Assembly (NCBI GenBank): GCA_907165135.1
Contig: OU015568.1
Location: forward strand, 10,850,001 to 10,914,000
Reading direction: 5' to 3'
Length of the DNA: 64,000 bases
Source: Oikopleura dioica
Lineage: Eukaryota > Animalia > Chordata
This document shows positions 23,779 to 39,688 of this stretch, piece by piece. A program made the position numbers and the translations under genes. Each line of letters starts with the position of its first letter. Within the stretch, counting starts at the first letter, position 1. The notes under the pieces are model-generated. The model ran no database searches. It had not been told where the DNA came from and saw nothing but the letters and a program-made list of their open reading frames with translations.

Positions 23779-25572
23779 ATGTCATCTGCTGCTCAGATTG
23801 CGAAGCTGATCGACGAGTTTCCATCGGATGCAGCTTTAGAAGGTGAGTTCGTTTTTACAATTCGACCTCGGTTGTACTTCGCAATCAAATATTTATTCTG
23901 TATCTTGCAGCATACGTTTCGCAATATCATGACCTCGTCGGCAGAGAAGATATCAACACATATGTGCGCAATCTAGCCATAAATGTGAAATTAAAAGGAT
24001 CAAAGTTTCGTGGACTGGCGTGGAAAATCTACCTTAGAGTTTTAAGTCCTGCTCGGGAGACATGGAAATCGGACATAACAACTTCAAGGGCCGAGTATCG
24101 TCAGATCTCGCTAAAGTTTGGCAACAAAGACTCTTCATCATTCAACGGAGATCCACTTGGTACATCGGATATTTGTCCAGATGATAGTTGGAGAATGAAG
24201 TTCAGGTTAACTGAAGCTGAAAACCTCATCTGACGGCAATTTAGGGACGAGGAGTTGAAGTCGTTGATCAGGCAAGACGTTGACAGAACTATTCCAGAAG
24301 TGGCTTTCTTCCAGTCGACTAAAATTCGAAATCTCATGTGCGATCTTTTATTTCTTTACGCAAAGGGTAAGTTTCATCTTGTAATTCATCAAAAATAACG
24401 ATGCTGTTTAGTTGATCCGAAAATCGGATACAAACAAGGAATGCACGAAATCCTAGCGCCAATAATTTTCACCCTCCACTGTGACGCTGCTGCTACTCAA
24501 CACCTCTCCTCCGTGGGACGACTACCTCAAGATTTGCTCCTCATTTCGAATGGCTCTGAACTTGCCGCTGATTGCTACATTATGTTCAGTAAGGTCATGC
24601 GCAAGTGCAGAAAGTGGTATATTGATCCAGAGCCTGAAGCCAGGTAAATCAACTTTATTCAATCTTCATCCCTTTTATCATCAATTTAGAGATGCTACCT
24701 CAGAACTAGAATATTATATTCGCGACGTGTACCACAACCACCTCAAATCCGTGGACATCGAGCTCTACCGCCACCTAGAGCGGCATCACATCCTCCCCCA
24801 AGTTTACGCAGTTCGCTGGCTGCGACTCCTCTTTGGTCGCGAGTTTCCAATGCAAGATCTTCTTTGCGTTTGGGACTTTTTGTTCGCAACGAATCTTGAA
24901 ATGGTGAGCTCGTTTTTTGTCGCCATGTTGGTTGGACAGCGTGTTTTGCTACTGAATGACGATGCGGGAAATATTCTCAGGTGTGTTTTGCTCACCTTGC
25001 TTCAAATAAATAAATGAAACAAAAGCACACTCATGCGATATCCCTCTCCAGACGACGTTGCCAACGTGATTGAGCAGACGAAAACAATTGAAAAGTCTCG
25101 CCACGGTCTCAACTTTGCCAAAACGAAGAAAAATATCGACCAGAAAACCAGCCAAGTAATCAACAAAATATCCGATATTTACTCGAAGATTGACAAAGGG
25201 ATCAAAGACATTGTCGAGTCGGATGCAAAACCTGTTGTTGAGAGAAGCAAGTTTGATTTGTGAGTTTGCTTTACCTTGCGACTTTTTAATTTTAAATTGT
25301 AGTCTTTTGAAAAAGTATGAAGAACAGAGGCAGATGAGTCTATTTTGCGCTGCGAGACTTGATGCTGCTGTACAGGTAAAACAGCCCTTAACGACTGTAT
25401 TTGAACTTGTCTTTAGCAATTATCAAGTCTTGGATCGGCAGTAGATGGGGATACCATGGTATCAGTCGCCACAGTGAAGCAAGTTCGCGACTTTCTCTGC
25501 GGCTCGTTGAAGTGGAAAGACATGCAGAAGCATGAAGGAGCCATTCATCCAGCAACGATACAGGAATTTTAA
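23779..25572 (+). CDS. TBC1D5: TBC-domain Rab GAP
   Basis: FRGLAWK, IRQDVDRT, YKQGMHEILAP and YAVRWLRLLFGREF. Confidence 0.9.
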
Positions 25573-25922
25573 CTTATTCTCGTTCTGACTTTGAAATAAA
25601 TTTCTAGTGGCTTAATAAACAAATAAACGCTGATGATAATATTGAGGAAGCTGAAGAAGCCTGATGTTTGAAGTCGTTTTGTTTCAAGTTGAAATTATTC
25701 ATTCCTTTCTGATCAAAGTAAATAATACCGCTGCTACTTTTCCGTGCAATTTATCACAGATAACAGTACCCCTCTTCTTTCGATTCCTCGTCAAAGTTCA
25801 TTCAAGAAAATCATTCAAGAAACGATTAAAAATGAAGTCAATAAATTAAGACAAGAATCAAAAATCGGAGTTGGAGACGTACCTTCTATCCCTCAATTTG
25901 CTCATGACATGAGTTCGTAATA

Positions 25923-28976
<3,054 letters not shown>

Positions 28977-29959
28977 ATGCTCAAGTACAGTATCTTCTTC
29001 AATAAGCCATCGCGCTAACTTTCATTTAGCCTTTTCTTCCAATTGGTGATCCAACAAGACTCTCATGAATTCCAGCTGACAACATTCTCAAAATGCTCAA
29101 CTCCTACTTTTGGTGATCTTTCCTTTCCTCCAATTCTTTTTCTACTCCTCTTTCCGTGTTCTTTCTTTTTTACTGCTCTTATCCATTCGCCTCTTTTTAT
29201 GAAAAATTATGTTCTTACGAAGTCATTAAAACCCGCGCAAAACATCACCTCAACAGGACAAAAACCAAGAGAAAATCTACACCTCAGCAACTATTTTCAA
29301 GAATGGCTAAATCGGATGCCTAAAATTCAACTCCTTGTTGATTTTTATGTCCGATTTATCCGGCCTTCTTAGACGCAACAGCCCTAAAAATGCTTTTCAT
29401 TATCGATGTGTTATTAGCTTTTCGTGTTAGTTCACATATCAACATACTGACAGAACTTATATTTATATATATATATTTTAACATCATTTATTTTATTGAT
29501 CGTCATTCCGTTCCGCTTCTTAACCAAAAACAAGTTCAACTACTGACTCTAGCAAGACCAAAAAACTCCTACAAAGTAACTCCTTCGCTCCTAGCCGTCC
29601 TATTTCTTACGAAACCAAGCAAAAACTGAACTGAAGGGATCCTACAGAACATAAAAGATAAGACTCGTAATAATAACCCTCTTCCACTCTTTCACGTTTA
29701 TGGTGTGCCCCTTGTGTGTTCCTCGTCAGAATGTTCCATCAAGCCCTTTCCGTCCAAACCTCTTTCAGACTTCCATACTGTAATGTCATCTTTGCAGTAA
29801 GGTTTGCAAGAAAGAGGGCTCGATTGCCGAGTTTTTTCTACGAAGAGGCTAAAACGGAAATATTCTGATCCCATTCGGACTGTTCAACGCGAATAAATAC
29901 CGAATAATTCAACCTTTTTTGATTAATTACTAGAAACAGAAAAATATCTAAACTTTGAA

Positions 29960-30005
29960 TTTCCCACGCGGCGCGCGGCCAATCAACGGCGCGCATTTCG
30001 TACAA
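29960..30005 (+). promoter_or_regulatory. CCAAT box with flanking GC-rich E2F-like motifs upstream of the 30271 gene run
   Basis: TTCCCACGCGGCGCGCGGCCAATCAACGGCGCGC. Confidence 0.45.
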
Positions 30006-30270
30006 GTCAAATCCAAAAACATAAAACATTCTTTTGTCGTTTTCACAGAGATTTCAATCAATTAGAGATTTGCTCAAAAGGGAAATACTGTAATCGAAAA
30101 TGAATTTTTCAATCTCATTAAGAAGAACTTTACAAACCATAGGGGAATGGACAAAACCGACGAAAAACCGATTTCATACTCGATTTTGTTCGGTTTTCTG
30201 AAATTTTCTACTGTGAACTTTCGCTAGAAATTTCCATCTAACAAGTGAAACCTTCAGATTTGTCTATGCA

Positions 30271-32231
30271 ATGACTTCCAGTACAGCACAACTCTTTCCA
30301 GACGTAAAGGGCCAGATGGAAAAAGAATTCGCGGTAAGACAAACATCTCTAGAGCATTCCCGAGACAATTTATTATTCAGGAAGTGGCAGAAATGTGTAG
30401 ACAACAAATTGGCGATTCAAATGAAATCAACCAAAGAAATGAACAGCTCAAGGAACAAATTCTTGAGCGGCTAAAGAAGCGTCAATCTCTCAAAGACGAC
30501 ATGAAAGACATGCAGAAATACGCTCAAGTCAAAGCAGGTAATCATAAATTTGATTTCACTCGACTCTTATACGATTTTCCTTAGAAATGGCAAAATGCAC
30601 GGCCAAGGTGGGTTTTGAATTTAATCGGGCAATCTTTCTTTGGCTGTAGCTCCGAACTTTTCTAATAAACCCCCAACATATGACACATGGTTGGAAAGAG
30701 CTTTTGAGCTCTACAAACTCTGCATTGGAATTTCCGAAATCTATAGAAATTCCCGGTTTTTACTTACCGATTTTTATCTGAATTGCCGGTTTTCACCAAA
30801 ATTAACAATCAGATCCTTTTCGATCTCCCACAGGTTGATAAACTCTGCATCTAGGTCTAGGATTTGGGGTGACCGGAGGTGATCTGAAATGAGTCGCCGA
30901 AAATGAATCACCGAAAGATGTGATAGAGCTCCGCGGATCACCTAAACGAGGTGATCGGAGCCGATCACCCGCCTGAATTTTTGGTGATTTAGGTGATCGA
31001 GATCACCTCTGACTGGTGATCCAAAGATTTTCGATCACCAAAGTCGTGTGATTATGGTCAGGGCAGGGGTCGATATTTTGATGTCAAATCACTTTTTCGT
31101 CCACTCTTTATTTGAAATTTAAAGAGATAATCTCCAAATTTCACTTTCTACTATTATGAAAATACGCTTCAACCCTCTTATTCGACTCAGTTATACTTTG
31201 AATTTACTTACTAACCCTTTACTTTGGATTCATTTTACTAACGGCAAGGGTTCTGAATTTCCGGAAAATCGAAAAAGAAACTAAAGAAAGGATTAACTTC
31301 TCAATGCACGGGGTCGGTAAAACCCTCAATTAATTCGAAGGTGGTAATCCGTTTGACCTAGTTTTTCCAACGTGCGAATTTTCGTGAAATTTCTCAAGAA
31401 AGATGGCTTTTTGCACCAGATTTCTCTCGCGCTCTCTATCAAAAAATCTGAAGATTTTAAAAATGATTCAACTGATGTCAAACCACAAGAGAAGATGACA
31501 ATTATGTATAAAAGCTTTCTGATACTTGAAGCGGGATTTTGTCGGAAGAAAAAAACTATATAAAAAAACTTAACAAAAATGGTTAAAAATGGAAATTAAA
31601 AAACTTCATGAACCGAAATTTGACGTAGGAGATCCGATCACCCGAATTTGGTGATCGAAGAACTCCCAGAAATTGATTTGGTGATCGGGACTCGATCACC
31701 TTTTTGAGGTGATCCGAGAAACCCGATCACATCTTTTGGTGATTCATTTCTGGCGACTCATTTCAGATCACCTCCTGTCACCCCAGATCCTAGACCTAGC
31801 TCTGCATTTGAATAACAAATCAGCCAAAAATTACCGGTTTTCAGGCGTTTAAAAAGTTGAAATCTAATCTGAATTCATGTCTCGCACTGTTCAATTTTCA
31901 AAAAATGCAACCCAGTTTTGAAGGAAAAACTCCGATAAAACTGATTATATTTGATATTTTTGGAATTCCAATGCAGAGTTGCTAGATCTTTAAAAGCTCT
32001 ATCCATACATGTATGATATGTTTGGTTTATGTTTTCAAGATCAGGGAGAAAGCAGGACCAAGATTGCCCGATTAAATTCGAAACCCACCCAAGCACGATG
32101 AAATGGTGCAGCGTTTTGCAGAGCAGGAAGCTATGAAAGCAAGAAGACGAGAAGTCCTCGCCAAGATCGAACTAATGGCCGGACGCAGCCTCACGCTCAG
32201 CCACGAATCAGCCGCTCCGACTAAGTGCTGA
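30271..32231 (+). CDS. Uncharacterised coiled-coil protein (about 130 aa); last intron is a transposon
   Basis: Four exons join in frame: ...EFA|EVAEM...QVKA|EMAKCTAK|HDEMVQRF...PTKC*. Confidence 0.7.
30608..32093 (+). mobile_element. TIR element forming an exact GT-AG intron (introner-like); contains MITE copy 2
   Basis: About 30-bp near-perfect TIR GGTGGGTTTYGAATTTAATCGGGCAATCTT, imperfect to about 135 bp; CCAAG duplicated at 30603-30607 and 32089-32093. Confidence 0.88.
30851..31799. mobile_element. MITE, CTAGG family copy 2
   Basis: About 75-bp TIRs; 8-bp TSD CTCTGCAT at 30843-30850 and 31800-31807; near-identical to copy 3 in reverse orientation. Confidence 0.95.
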
Positions 32232-32378
32232 AAAGTAGCCTTCAACCTATCTCTCAAAGATTTCATTTTGCTGCCAGCTTGAACATTCCAAACGTTTAAT
32301 TGGCGTTATTCTATCTATTCTGCACTCGCTATTTTCATTTTCTATCCGGCGCTAAAAACTCTTTGCTTTCAGATTAAG

Positions 32379-32935
32379 ATGAGCGTAAATTCTACAAACC
32401 TGAGTACGATTTCTCCCGATGAGATCGAAGTCAACATCAACGCCGTAAAGCCCTCCGCTTCTACAGAAACTACCAATACAAATTCAACAACTGATTCAGA
32501 CAGACAAGTCATTCACTGCGCTGATGGTGTGCTTTATGCGGACGAAATAGAAGAATCAGGTACCTTACTTTTTATTGACCATCGTTGACCGTTTTGAAGA
32601 CGACGATGAACAGTGCGACTGGCTTGAATACATGACGATGGAAGGGAAACCCGAAGAAATGTCCTGGCCTAAATGGATGGCCTACAAAGCTGCTCGAGCA
32701 GCTGGGCATACTCTCAAATACATGGACTCCTGGGGCGAATCTTTAGCTAACGACTTCGGGCTCAACAAAGACCCATACAAAGAGCTAATCGACCGACACA
32801 AAGAATTAGTAAGCTCGAGACGGTATCCTCCTTTTGCTAATTTAACGTTCAGTTCGAAAATGAAGAGGCAGTCACAGGCCTCGGCGAGCCGAGTGCAGAT
32901 CCCATCGAAAACCAGCCAAAAGCAGAACCTGTTTA
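32379..32935 (+). CDS. FAM177A1: FAM177 family protein
   Basis: RQVIHCADG, SWPKW and DSWGESLANDFGL match the FAM177 pattern. Confidence 0.8.
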
Positions 32936-33069
32936 ATTACTGTAACTACGTAGTTCCTTCATGCTTTACCTCTCCAATGCCTCATTCCTAGAACAGTTAA
33001 TCCCATATGCTTTCAATCATATAATGACCCCTTGTTTTATCTTAGAAATTCTCGGAAGCGAACTCAAAA

Positions 33070-34385
33070 ATGAGAAAACGATTCGACAAACGCGCTCCCG
33101 TCGTCAAATTCAACTGTTTCTTTAACAACATCATCACCAAATCAATGCGCCGCCGTGCCGGCTGGACCGATGCCAAGGACCAAGAGGAGAAAAACATCGA
33201 CATATTCTGGGTGGACACGCTCTGGATGCATGAAAAATTCGACACAATCTACTTCGAAGAACATATGAGGTAATCATCTCTTCTCCTTAATTTCTCTCTA
33301 ATTGATCGCGTTTTAGAGTGAATCATTTTCCACGATTCTACGAACTAACGCGAAAAAACCTACTGGCTAAAAATCTAAAACGATTCATCAAACTGAAAAA
33401 GTCTTCCAAATCTCAAGACGTCGAGCTCCGCGACCAAATCGACGATATCATGAGCTTCTTCCCGACCACATATGATCTCCCAGATCAGTGGCACATGTTC
33501 GTCGAGGAATTCAAAAAGGAGCGAAGCCAAAAAGAAAACCGCGCAGACAAGCCAATCTGGATCATGAAGCCCATTTCTAAATCGCAAGGAAGAGGGATCT
33601 TCCTTTTCCGAGATCTGAAAGACATTCAGGAATGGAAGCGCGACGGAAAGGAGAAAAAAGAGAACGCCGAGGAGGCCGAAACTTACATTGTTCAGCGATA
33701 CATCGAACGTCCCTTGCTCATCGGAGGAAAGAAGTTTGACATGCGCATTTACGTCTTGGTCACTTCATACGTTCCTCTGCGCGCTTGGGTGTACCGGGAG
33801 GGGTTCGTGCGATTCAGTGGCACACGATACTCGCTCGATCAGATCGAAGACACCTTCGTGCACTTGACCAACGTCGCGATTCAGAAAACAGCGCCCGATT
33901 ACAATCCCGATCGTGGCGCAAAATGGCCATTGATGAATCTTCGTCGATATTTGGAGACAAGTCGAGGCATTCAAGTTTCAAACACGGCTTTCCGAAAAAT
34001 CAACGAGATGTTCTGGTATTCGCTCCTCGCAGTTCAGGACAAGGTCATCAACGACAAGCATTGCTTCGAGCTCTACGGTTATGACGTTCTCTTCGATGAG
34101 GCACTCAATGTGTGGCTGATCGAAGTCAACGCTTCGCCATCGTTCGCACATTCCTCGGAAGATGACAAGATGCTCAAGCTGCGCGTACTCGACGACACAT
34201 TCAATGTCGTCGACATGGAGAAGAAGCTCAGCGGTACTGAGACAAGAATCGGCGGCTTCGACCTTCTCACGGAATCGCTGGATTGCTACCTCGGCTGTGA
34301 CAATTCCGATCGCGAGATCCAACTCCGCCGTGTCTACCGCGAAGCAGACTCGCGAAAAGAGCGAGAAGCCAACGAGCAAGAATGA
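33070..34385 (+). CDS. TTLL9: Tubulin-tyrosine-ligase-like polyglutamylase
   Basis: NHFPRFYELTRKN, WIMKPISKSQGRGIFLF, KFDMRIYVLVTSY, HLTNVAIQK, FELYGYD and EVNASPS. Confidence 0.9.
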
Positions 34386-34521
34386 CAAAAAGGAAATCTC
34401 GAATTGTACACTTATCTTTGTATTTATTTATTTTTATACTGCATGAATATTTTTTATACTCAGCCAGAGAAAAGTCTCTAATCAAATTTGTTTTCAGAAA
34501 TTTGACTTAAAAACTTTTAAA

Positions 34522-34742
34522 ATGGCCAAGTCCAAGAACACCTCCCACCACAACCAGAACAAGAAGGCTCACCGAAACGGTATCCCTCGACCAAAAAAGA
34601 GCGTCTACAAGCAGATGTCTCTCAAGGGAGTTGACCCCAAGGTAACGCTAGATTTCTTAATTAATTTGCTTATCGAGCATCTTAGTTCGTCCGAAACATG
34701 CGATTCGCTAAGAAGGGCAACAAGAAGGTCACCAAGGAATAA
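34522..34742 (+). CDS. RPL29: 60S ribosomal protein L29
   Basis: MAKSKNTSHHNQNKKAHRNGI...KGVDPK|FVRNMRFAKK. Confidence 0.97.
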
Positions 34743-34980
34743 GTCCTCTGTTCTGCTGTTCAACTGGACACTGTCTACGTCTGTTCACAATGACAATTGT
34801 GCAGCGGACTTAACAATGGCTGTGGAATAAATATTTTACGCCAGTAACGTTGTCTCTCTTTTATCGCATCGAATCGCAGTCTTGAAATTTAGATTAGCCG
34901 CAGGTTTTTATTCCGAGTTCCTCCATGATCGTAATAGTACGCATTTTTATAACTCTTTTCGCATTCAGAAGGATCTAAAC

Positions 34981-36845
34981 ATGATGCGTCCACCGACAGG
35001 CTCCCGCGGTTATGCATCTGGAACAGGCAATGCACCACGTGTTGAGAACCGCCCGCTCACTCAACATGGGCTTGGAGGAATGAAGAACCCTCGCACTTCC
35101 CATGGTGTCCGACAAGTACAAGACAGAAACTATTGGCTTGGGCTCATCGGCGCAAAAGTGAGCGAGGTTCACAGTGAGATCCAGAACCTACACGTCGAAA
35201 TGGGAGAACAAGAAGAAGCTGCAGAATCGTACATTACTTACAAGACGATGGCGAGTCAAACTGCTGCTGAACTTGCTGGTTATTCATTTTTATTAATACC
35301 GAAATATTAATGGCTTTTAGAGCTCCAGGGAAAGCTCCAAGACGCAAACACAGTGCTTGAAAAACACAACCAAGGACAAGAAGTAAAAGACATTGAACTT
35401 GAGATCGAAGACTTTGACGAACAAGCCGAGAAAGATCAAGAAATCTTGAGTGCCTTATTCAACGAGCGTCAGAGTCGAGAAAATCGCCTTCGTGAGATGG
35501 AAGCCGAGATTGAAAAGTACATGAGCCAGACACAGCAAATGTTTCAGGACATGAATGAGACAGAGCGTGAAACCTTTCTGAAGCAGCAAAAGGTGTACGG
35601 TAAACTGACCGACGGAATTCAGGAGATCGAGAACGAAATAGAGGGGACAAGGAATGAAATAGCGCGCCTTGAAAATGATCTCTCGCATGATCCCCGAAGA
35701 AAAGAGCTGATTACGCTGTACACAGAATATGCTCATTTGAAGTCGCGTCGCAACGAGCAGGAGCGGGAAGAGCTCGCTCAGATGACTCCTGAGCAAGAAC
35801 GAGAAAAGCTTATTCGCCAGACGAAGCAGGACAATCAACAATTGGTGCTCATGGAGAAGCAGCTGAGCCAGGCTGACGATAGAATCAATCGGCTTACAGA
35901 TGAACTGCAAAATCTAGAGAACGATCTTGACGAGAGCTCACTCCAGCGTATGAAAGGTCTGCGCAAAACAGAAGAGAAATTCAAACACTTCATGAGCGAG
36001 TTTCCTCAATTGAAAGAAGCCGAACTAGCGCGAATCGGCGAAACAGAAGCAATCATTCAGGATCATCTCAATCAAACTGCAGCTATTCAAAAGGCAACTG
36101 AAACGATTCCCGGCAAAGCATCAGGCTTCAAAGACATCCAAAGTACGCTCAAATTCAAAGAAAAGGAGCTGATGAACAACGAAGGAACGGTCGTCAACTT
36201 AGACAACGACCACCGAGTGCTCCAAAGTCAGCTAACGAAGGTCGAAAAGCTCGAGACTAAATTACTCGCCGAGAAAGAGCGTCTTTATGATGAGATCCAA
36301 GCTCTCGAAGTTGATATAAAGGAGTTCAGTGACATAGACGGTGAGATTTCGCTTGTTATCTTTTGTGCTGACTTATCCACTTAGGTCTGAGCGAGCGTGA
36401 GCGGGAGAAGGAAACAGAGCTTGAGAAGCTCAGAAGCCAGCTTACCGATGAGATTTTGGAAATCAAGCAGGACAATGAGCGCCTCTACGACGAAATCAAG
36501 TAATGCCACCGATTTCTTTTATCTCTTAATTCATTTTTCAGCATTTACAAAGAGCAGCTAAAGAACAACGACGAGCAAGTGCTTCTTGAGAACCTCGAGC
36601 GCCGATGGGTTAACAGTCAGCAAAATAACTTCGTAAATCATTATCTTTTTTTTCGTGAAAATTACTATTTTTAGGCCTCCAAAGAGTTCATCGCCGGTCG
36701 TGTCATTGATTGTGCTGGTCTTCAATCTCGCTGCCGTCAACATTTGAGAGAGGTAAATCCCTTAAATATTCATTTTTTATAATTTTTCTAGTACAACCAA
36801 ATCATTTTGGAACGACTCAAGAACACCCCAGCTCAACCTTTTTGA
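34981..36845 (+). CDS. IFT74: Intraflagellar transport protein 74
   Basis: MMRPPTG, RPLTQHGLGGMK and RQVQDRNYWLG followed by long coiled coils. Confidence 0.88.
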
Positions 36846-37231
36846 AAAACTTGTACTTTCAATTCTACATTTTCTATTTTTCTACTTGCAATAAATATTT
36901 CTGTTACAAAATGCTTCGGATGATAATGAACAAAAGTTGGCCAGTTTGGACGCGCAAAGGTCATCGATTCACTTTGTTGTTTTATGACATTTACATGCTT
37001 ATTACGCAGGCGGGGATAAGCAGGCAGGGCAATAATCGTATTCTGATTGCGTAAAATTGCAGAGAGCTTGATTTCCTCGTCGTACATAACTTGCGGGCTT
37101 GTCGTACTGCATGGAGTGAACCGTTCGGGCTTCGGGGCATGGAATGGATGAGCCCGATTCACCCGACACGCTTGCCTGGACACAAAACCGCTGCACCTTG
37201 AGAGAATCCAGAGCCGAAACGAAATCCTCTG

Positions 37232-38366
37232 ATGAAAGTTGTGCCGCTTTTCACGCTCGGCGTGCCCGTTTTGGGCTGTTTCCAGTATCCACAGTACAAA
37301 GTACAGGTTGATCCGATCTATCAAGCGAAAGTCGACAACCTTATCCAACAGCTACTGTATGTTATTTTATTTTTGATTCTTTATTATTCTAAATATTCTG
37401 AATAATCTGAATAACGCTAAAGAAATTATTCTGAATAACGTAGATAGCGCTAAAAATTTCGATCGAATTGAATTATATTTTTGTTGGACTTTTGTGAGAA
37501 TTAATACTATCTTCAGTACTTATAAACGTTTTTGTAATGACCGTAGTAGCTCGAAAATAACTAAATCTTGAGAGGAATTTAGAGCTGATATTCTGATAAA
37601 ATCAATTCTTCAAGCGCCGCTAGCAAAACCAAGCCGCATTATTTTGGCTAAGTCTCTTTTATCAGCGTTGTAATTAGAGCTTATTTGGCGATTTCGCGCT
37701 CTTATTTGATTGTTTAAACTTTAGCCATTCAATCATATTTTGCAGGGACTACTGCCGCGATCCAATAAATCACCGGGATCCTCGACGACTTCTTCATGAG
37801 TACCGGGAGCTGTACCGAAAGATCGGGTACCCTGTTGACGCCGTTCCAATTGATTGCCCTCAGACAAGCCCAAAGACCTATGTCGAGCTCCACAACTTCA
37901 AGGATCTCGATGGATATTTCCGAGATCCATTTTCGCTCCACAACGTTCCGATAAAATGTGAGAAGGAGGAAAAAGAAGAAGCAATAGTACAGAAACAAGA
38001 GGAAAAACAAGCCCAAGTGTCGATTTGGTTAATCTCCATTGTTGTGGCTGTCATTTTTGTTGTTCTTGCCAGTAAGTCAATATTGATCATTATGAAACCA
38101 ATGTTTTTGTAGTTATTTGCAAATGCGCCCTTTCGAGACTCTGCTCAATCCTTTGTTGCATGCATGCCAGTGATTCTGCATACTCCTCCGAAAACTCTTC
38201 CCGAACTGGCCGAGCAGACCAGATCATCACTCAGAAAAAGCCTGTCATCACCCGATCGCACGAACATATCCACAAGCAGCAAAAGAAAACGAGCGAAAAG
38301 GTCGAAAACGAAAAGGCGAAACTCATCCGCGACGAAACATCCGACACATCTCGAAGCTCATGCTGA
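37232..38366 (+). CDS. Uncharacterised type I membrane protein
   Basis: Signal-peptide-like MKVVPLFTLGVPVLG, three in-frame exons, TM VSIWLISIVVAVIFVVLAII and a Cys-rich juxtamembrane segment. Confidence 0.65.
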
Positions 38367-38671
38367 TTTTTCATGCAATCTGTTCATTCCTCTCGTCTCC
38401 CAATAATTATTTTAAAATAGAATAAACCCAAGTTCACAGATCAGAGTACAAATCTACGAGTGTGAAATTACCCCGAAAATATTTTTTCGCAAACATCAAT
38501 CAGGTCACGCAGGTGCAAATCATCGAGGCAGCATGCTAACCTCCTCGGATATCGGACACTCCCTTGACTTCGTAAGATTGCAATCTCACATCTGTTTGTC
38601 TCATCAGTTGGTGGCGCTTGTTCTGACCACATAAATACAGCTCCAGAATCAAGTACAACAGAACACCAGAA

Positions 38672-38986
38672 ATGAATAAATCAGCCACAGATTATCTCCT
38701 CCAATTTGAAGCCTCCTTCGACCACTTGGAAGAAAAAATGAACGAGAAATCACAAGAAATCAATGCTCTCTGGGCGATCGTTGGAAAACTCCAGTGCGAT
38801 CGACCTCACTGCCTCATTCGCACTAAAGTCATCCTTTCTTGTGGACACAAACTCTGCGAGGTCTGCCTCAAACGTCAACGAAGAATGAAGAAATGCCCTC
38901 TTTGCCGATGCTCCAGCCCATCCATCATCTCAGCAGTCCCTATTCCCATAACACACATGAATTCGACCAAAAAACCTGCCCGCTAA
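38672..38986 (+). CDS. Small coiled-coil plus RING-finger protein
   Basis: C..C...LSCGHKLCEVC...CPLCR spacing. Confidence 0.7.
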   Translation: MNKSATDYLLQFEASFDHLEEKMNEKSQEINALWAIVGKLQCDRPHCLIRTKVILSCGHKLCEVCLKRQRRMKKCPLCRCSSPSIISAVPIPITHMNSTKKPAR

Positions 38987-39039
38987 AATGCAATAAAATA
39001 TACTCAAGCTGTATTGAATTGTTTCCATAACATTATTAA

Positions 39040-39575
39040 TTAAAATTTTGAAAGACAAGGAGCCAAGAAAGCAACCACCAAAGCAGCAAGAAAGACATTT
39101 GAAATCATCACTATGATATTTTATAAATGTTGATTTTTTCTGTTTACTTACATGCCATATTTCCGTAATTGAATCTTATTTCGCTTCGAACGCGGTAGGG
39201 ACTAACAGAATTATTCGATAAAGATTCTTCTCTACATGCATCGTGACCAAGATCAAGAATTGTTATTAGCGACAGAACCAAATTTGATACAGTCAACCAG
39301 AAGCTCGCTTGAATAAGAGTTGACCAATTGTTAGAGCTTTTACAATAAACATAAATTATCATCACTTGGATAGCAAAATTCACGGCACAAACAATAGGAA
39401 TCATGATATTCCGAGCATAGAGCGATCCAAATCTTCTTCTCCCTTTCATCGCACCACATGCGAAAAATGCGTTAATTAGAAAAACGTCCAAAATAATCCA
39501 AACTGAACATGCCACCATTGCATCCCAAAGTCGTCGGTCACAATTTTTAACGTAAGTCGTGGCTTCTTCATTCAT
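39040..39575 (-). CDS. 4-TM tandem family member C (short loop)
   Basis: Paralogous to members A and B (G...GSxYxRNxxxPxxxAxNFxxQV; final hydrophobic exon). Confidence 0.7.
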
Positions 39576-39688
39576 TTTCTCTATCTATATCTGCGCTAGT
39601 CTCCTTTGTTTACAATAAAATCGTTACTAGGGGATTCAACAAATAAAAAAAAAATTGTAATTCTTTTTTTTTCTCCGGCTTTACTTTA

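Noticed and set aside
30851-31799. Dense GATCAC(C) repeats that look like an array
   Set aside because: Irregular spacing and both orientations within TIR-bounded elements; these are subterminal repeats, not a CRISPR array or satellite
33375-36384. Long antisense and shifted ORFs over TTLL9 and IFT74 (similar ones over BUB1 and the EVI1-like gene)
   Set aside because: Shadow frames of real coding exons with no independent motifs
37200-37260. GAAAC...CTGATGA hammerhead-like fragments
   Set aside because: No room for the required stems, and the sequence overlaps the start codon of the 37232 gene
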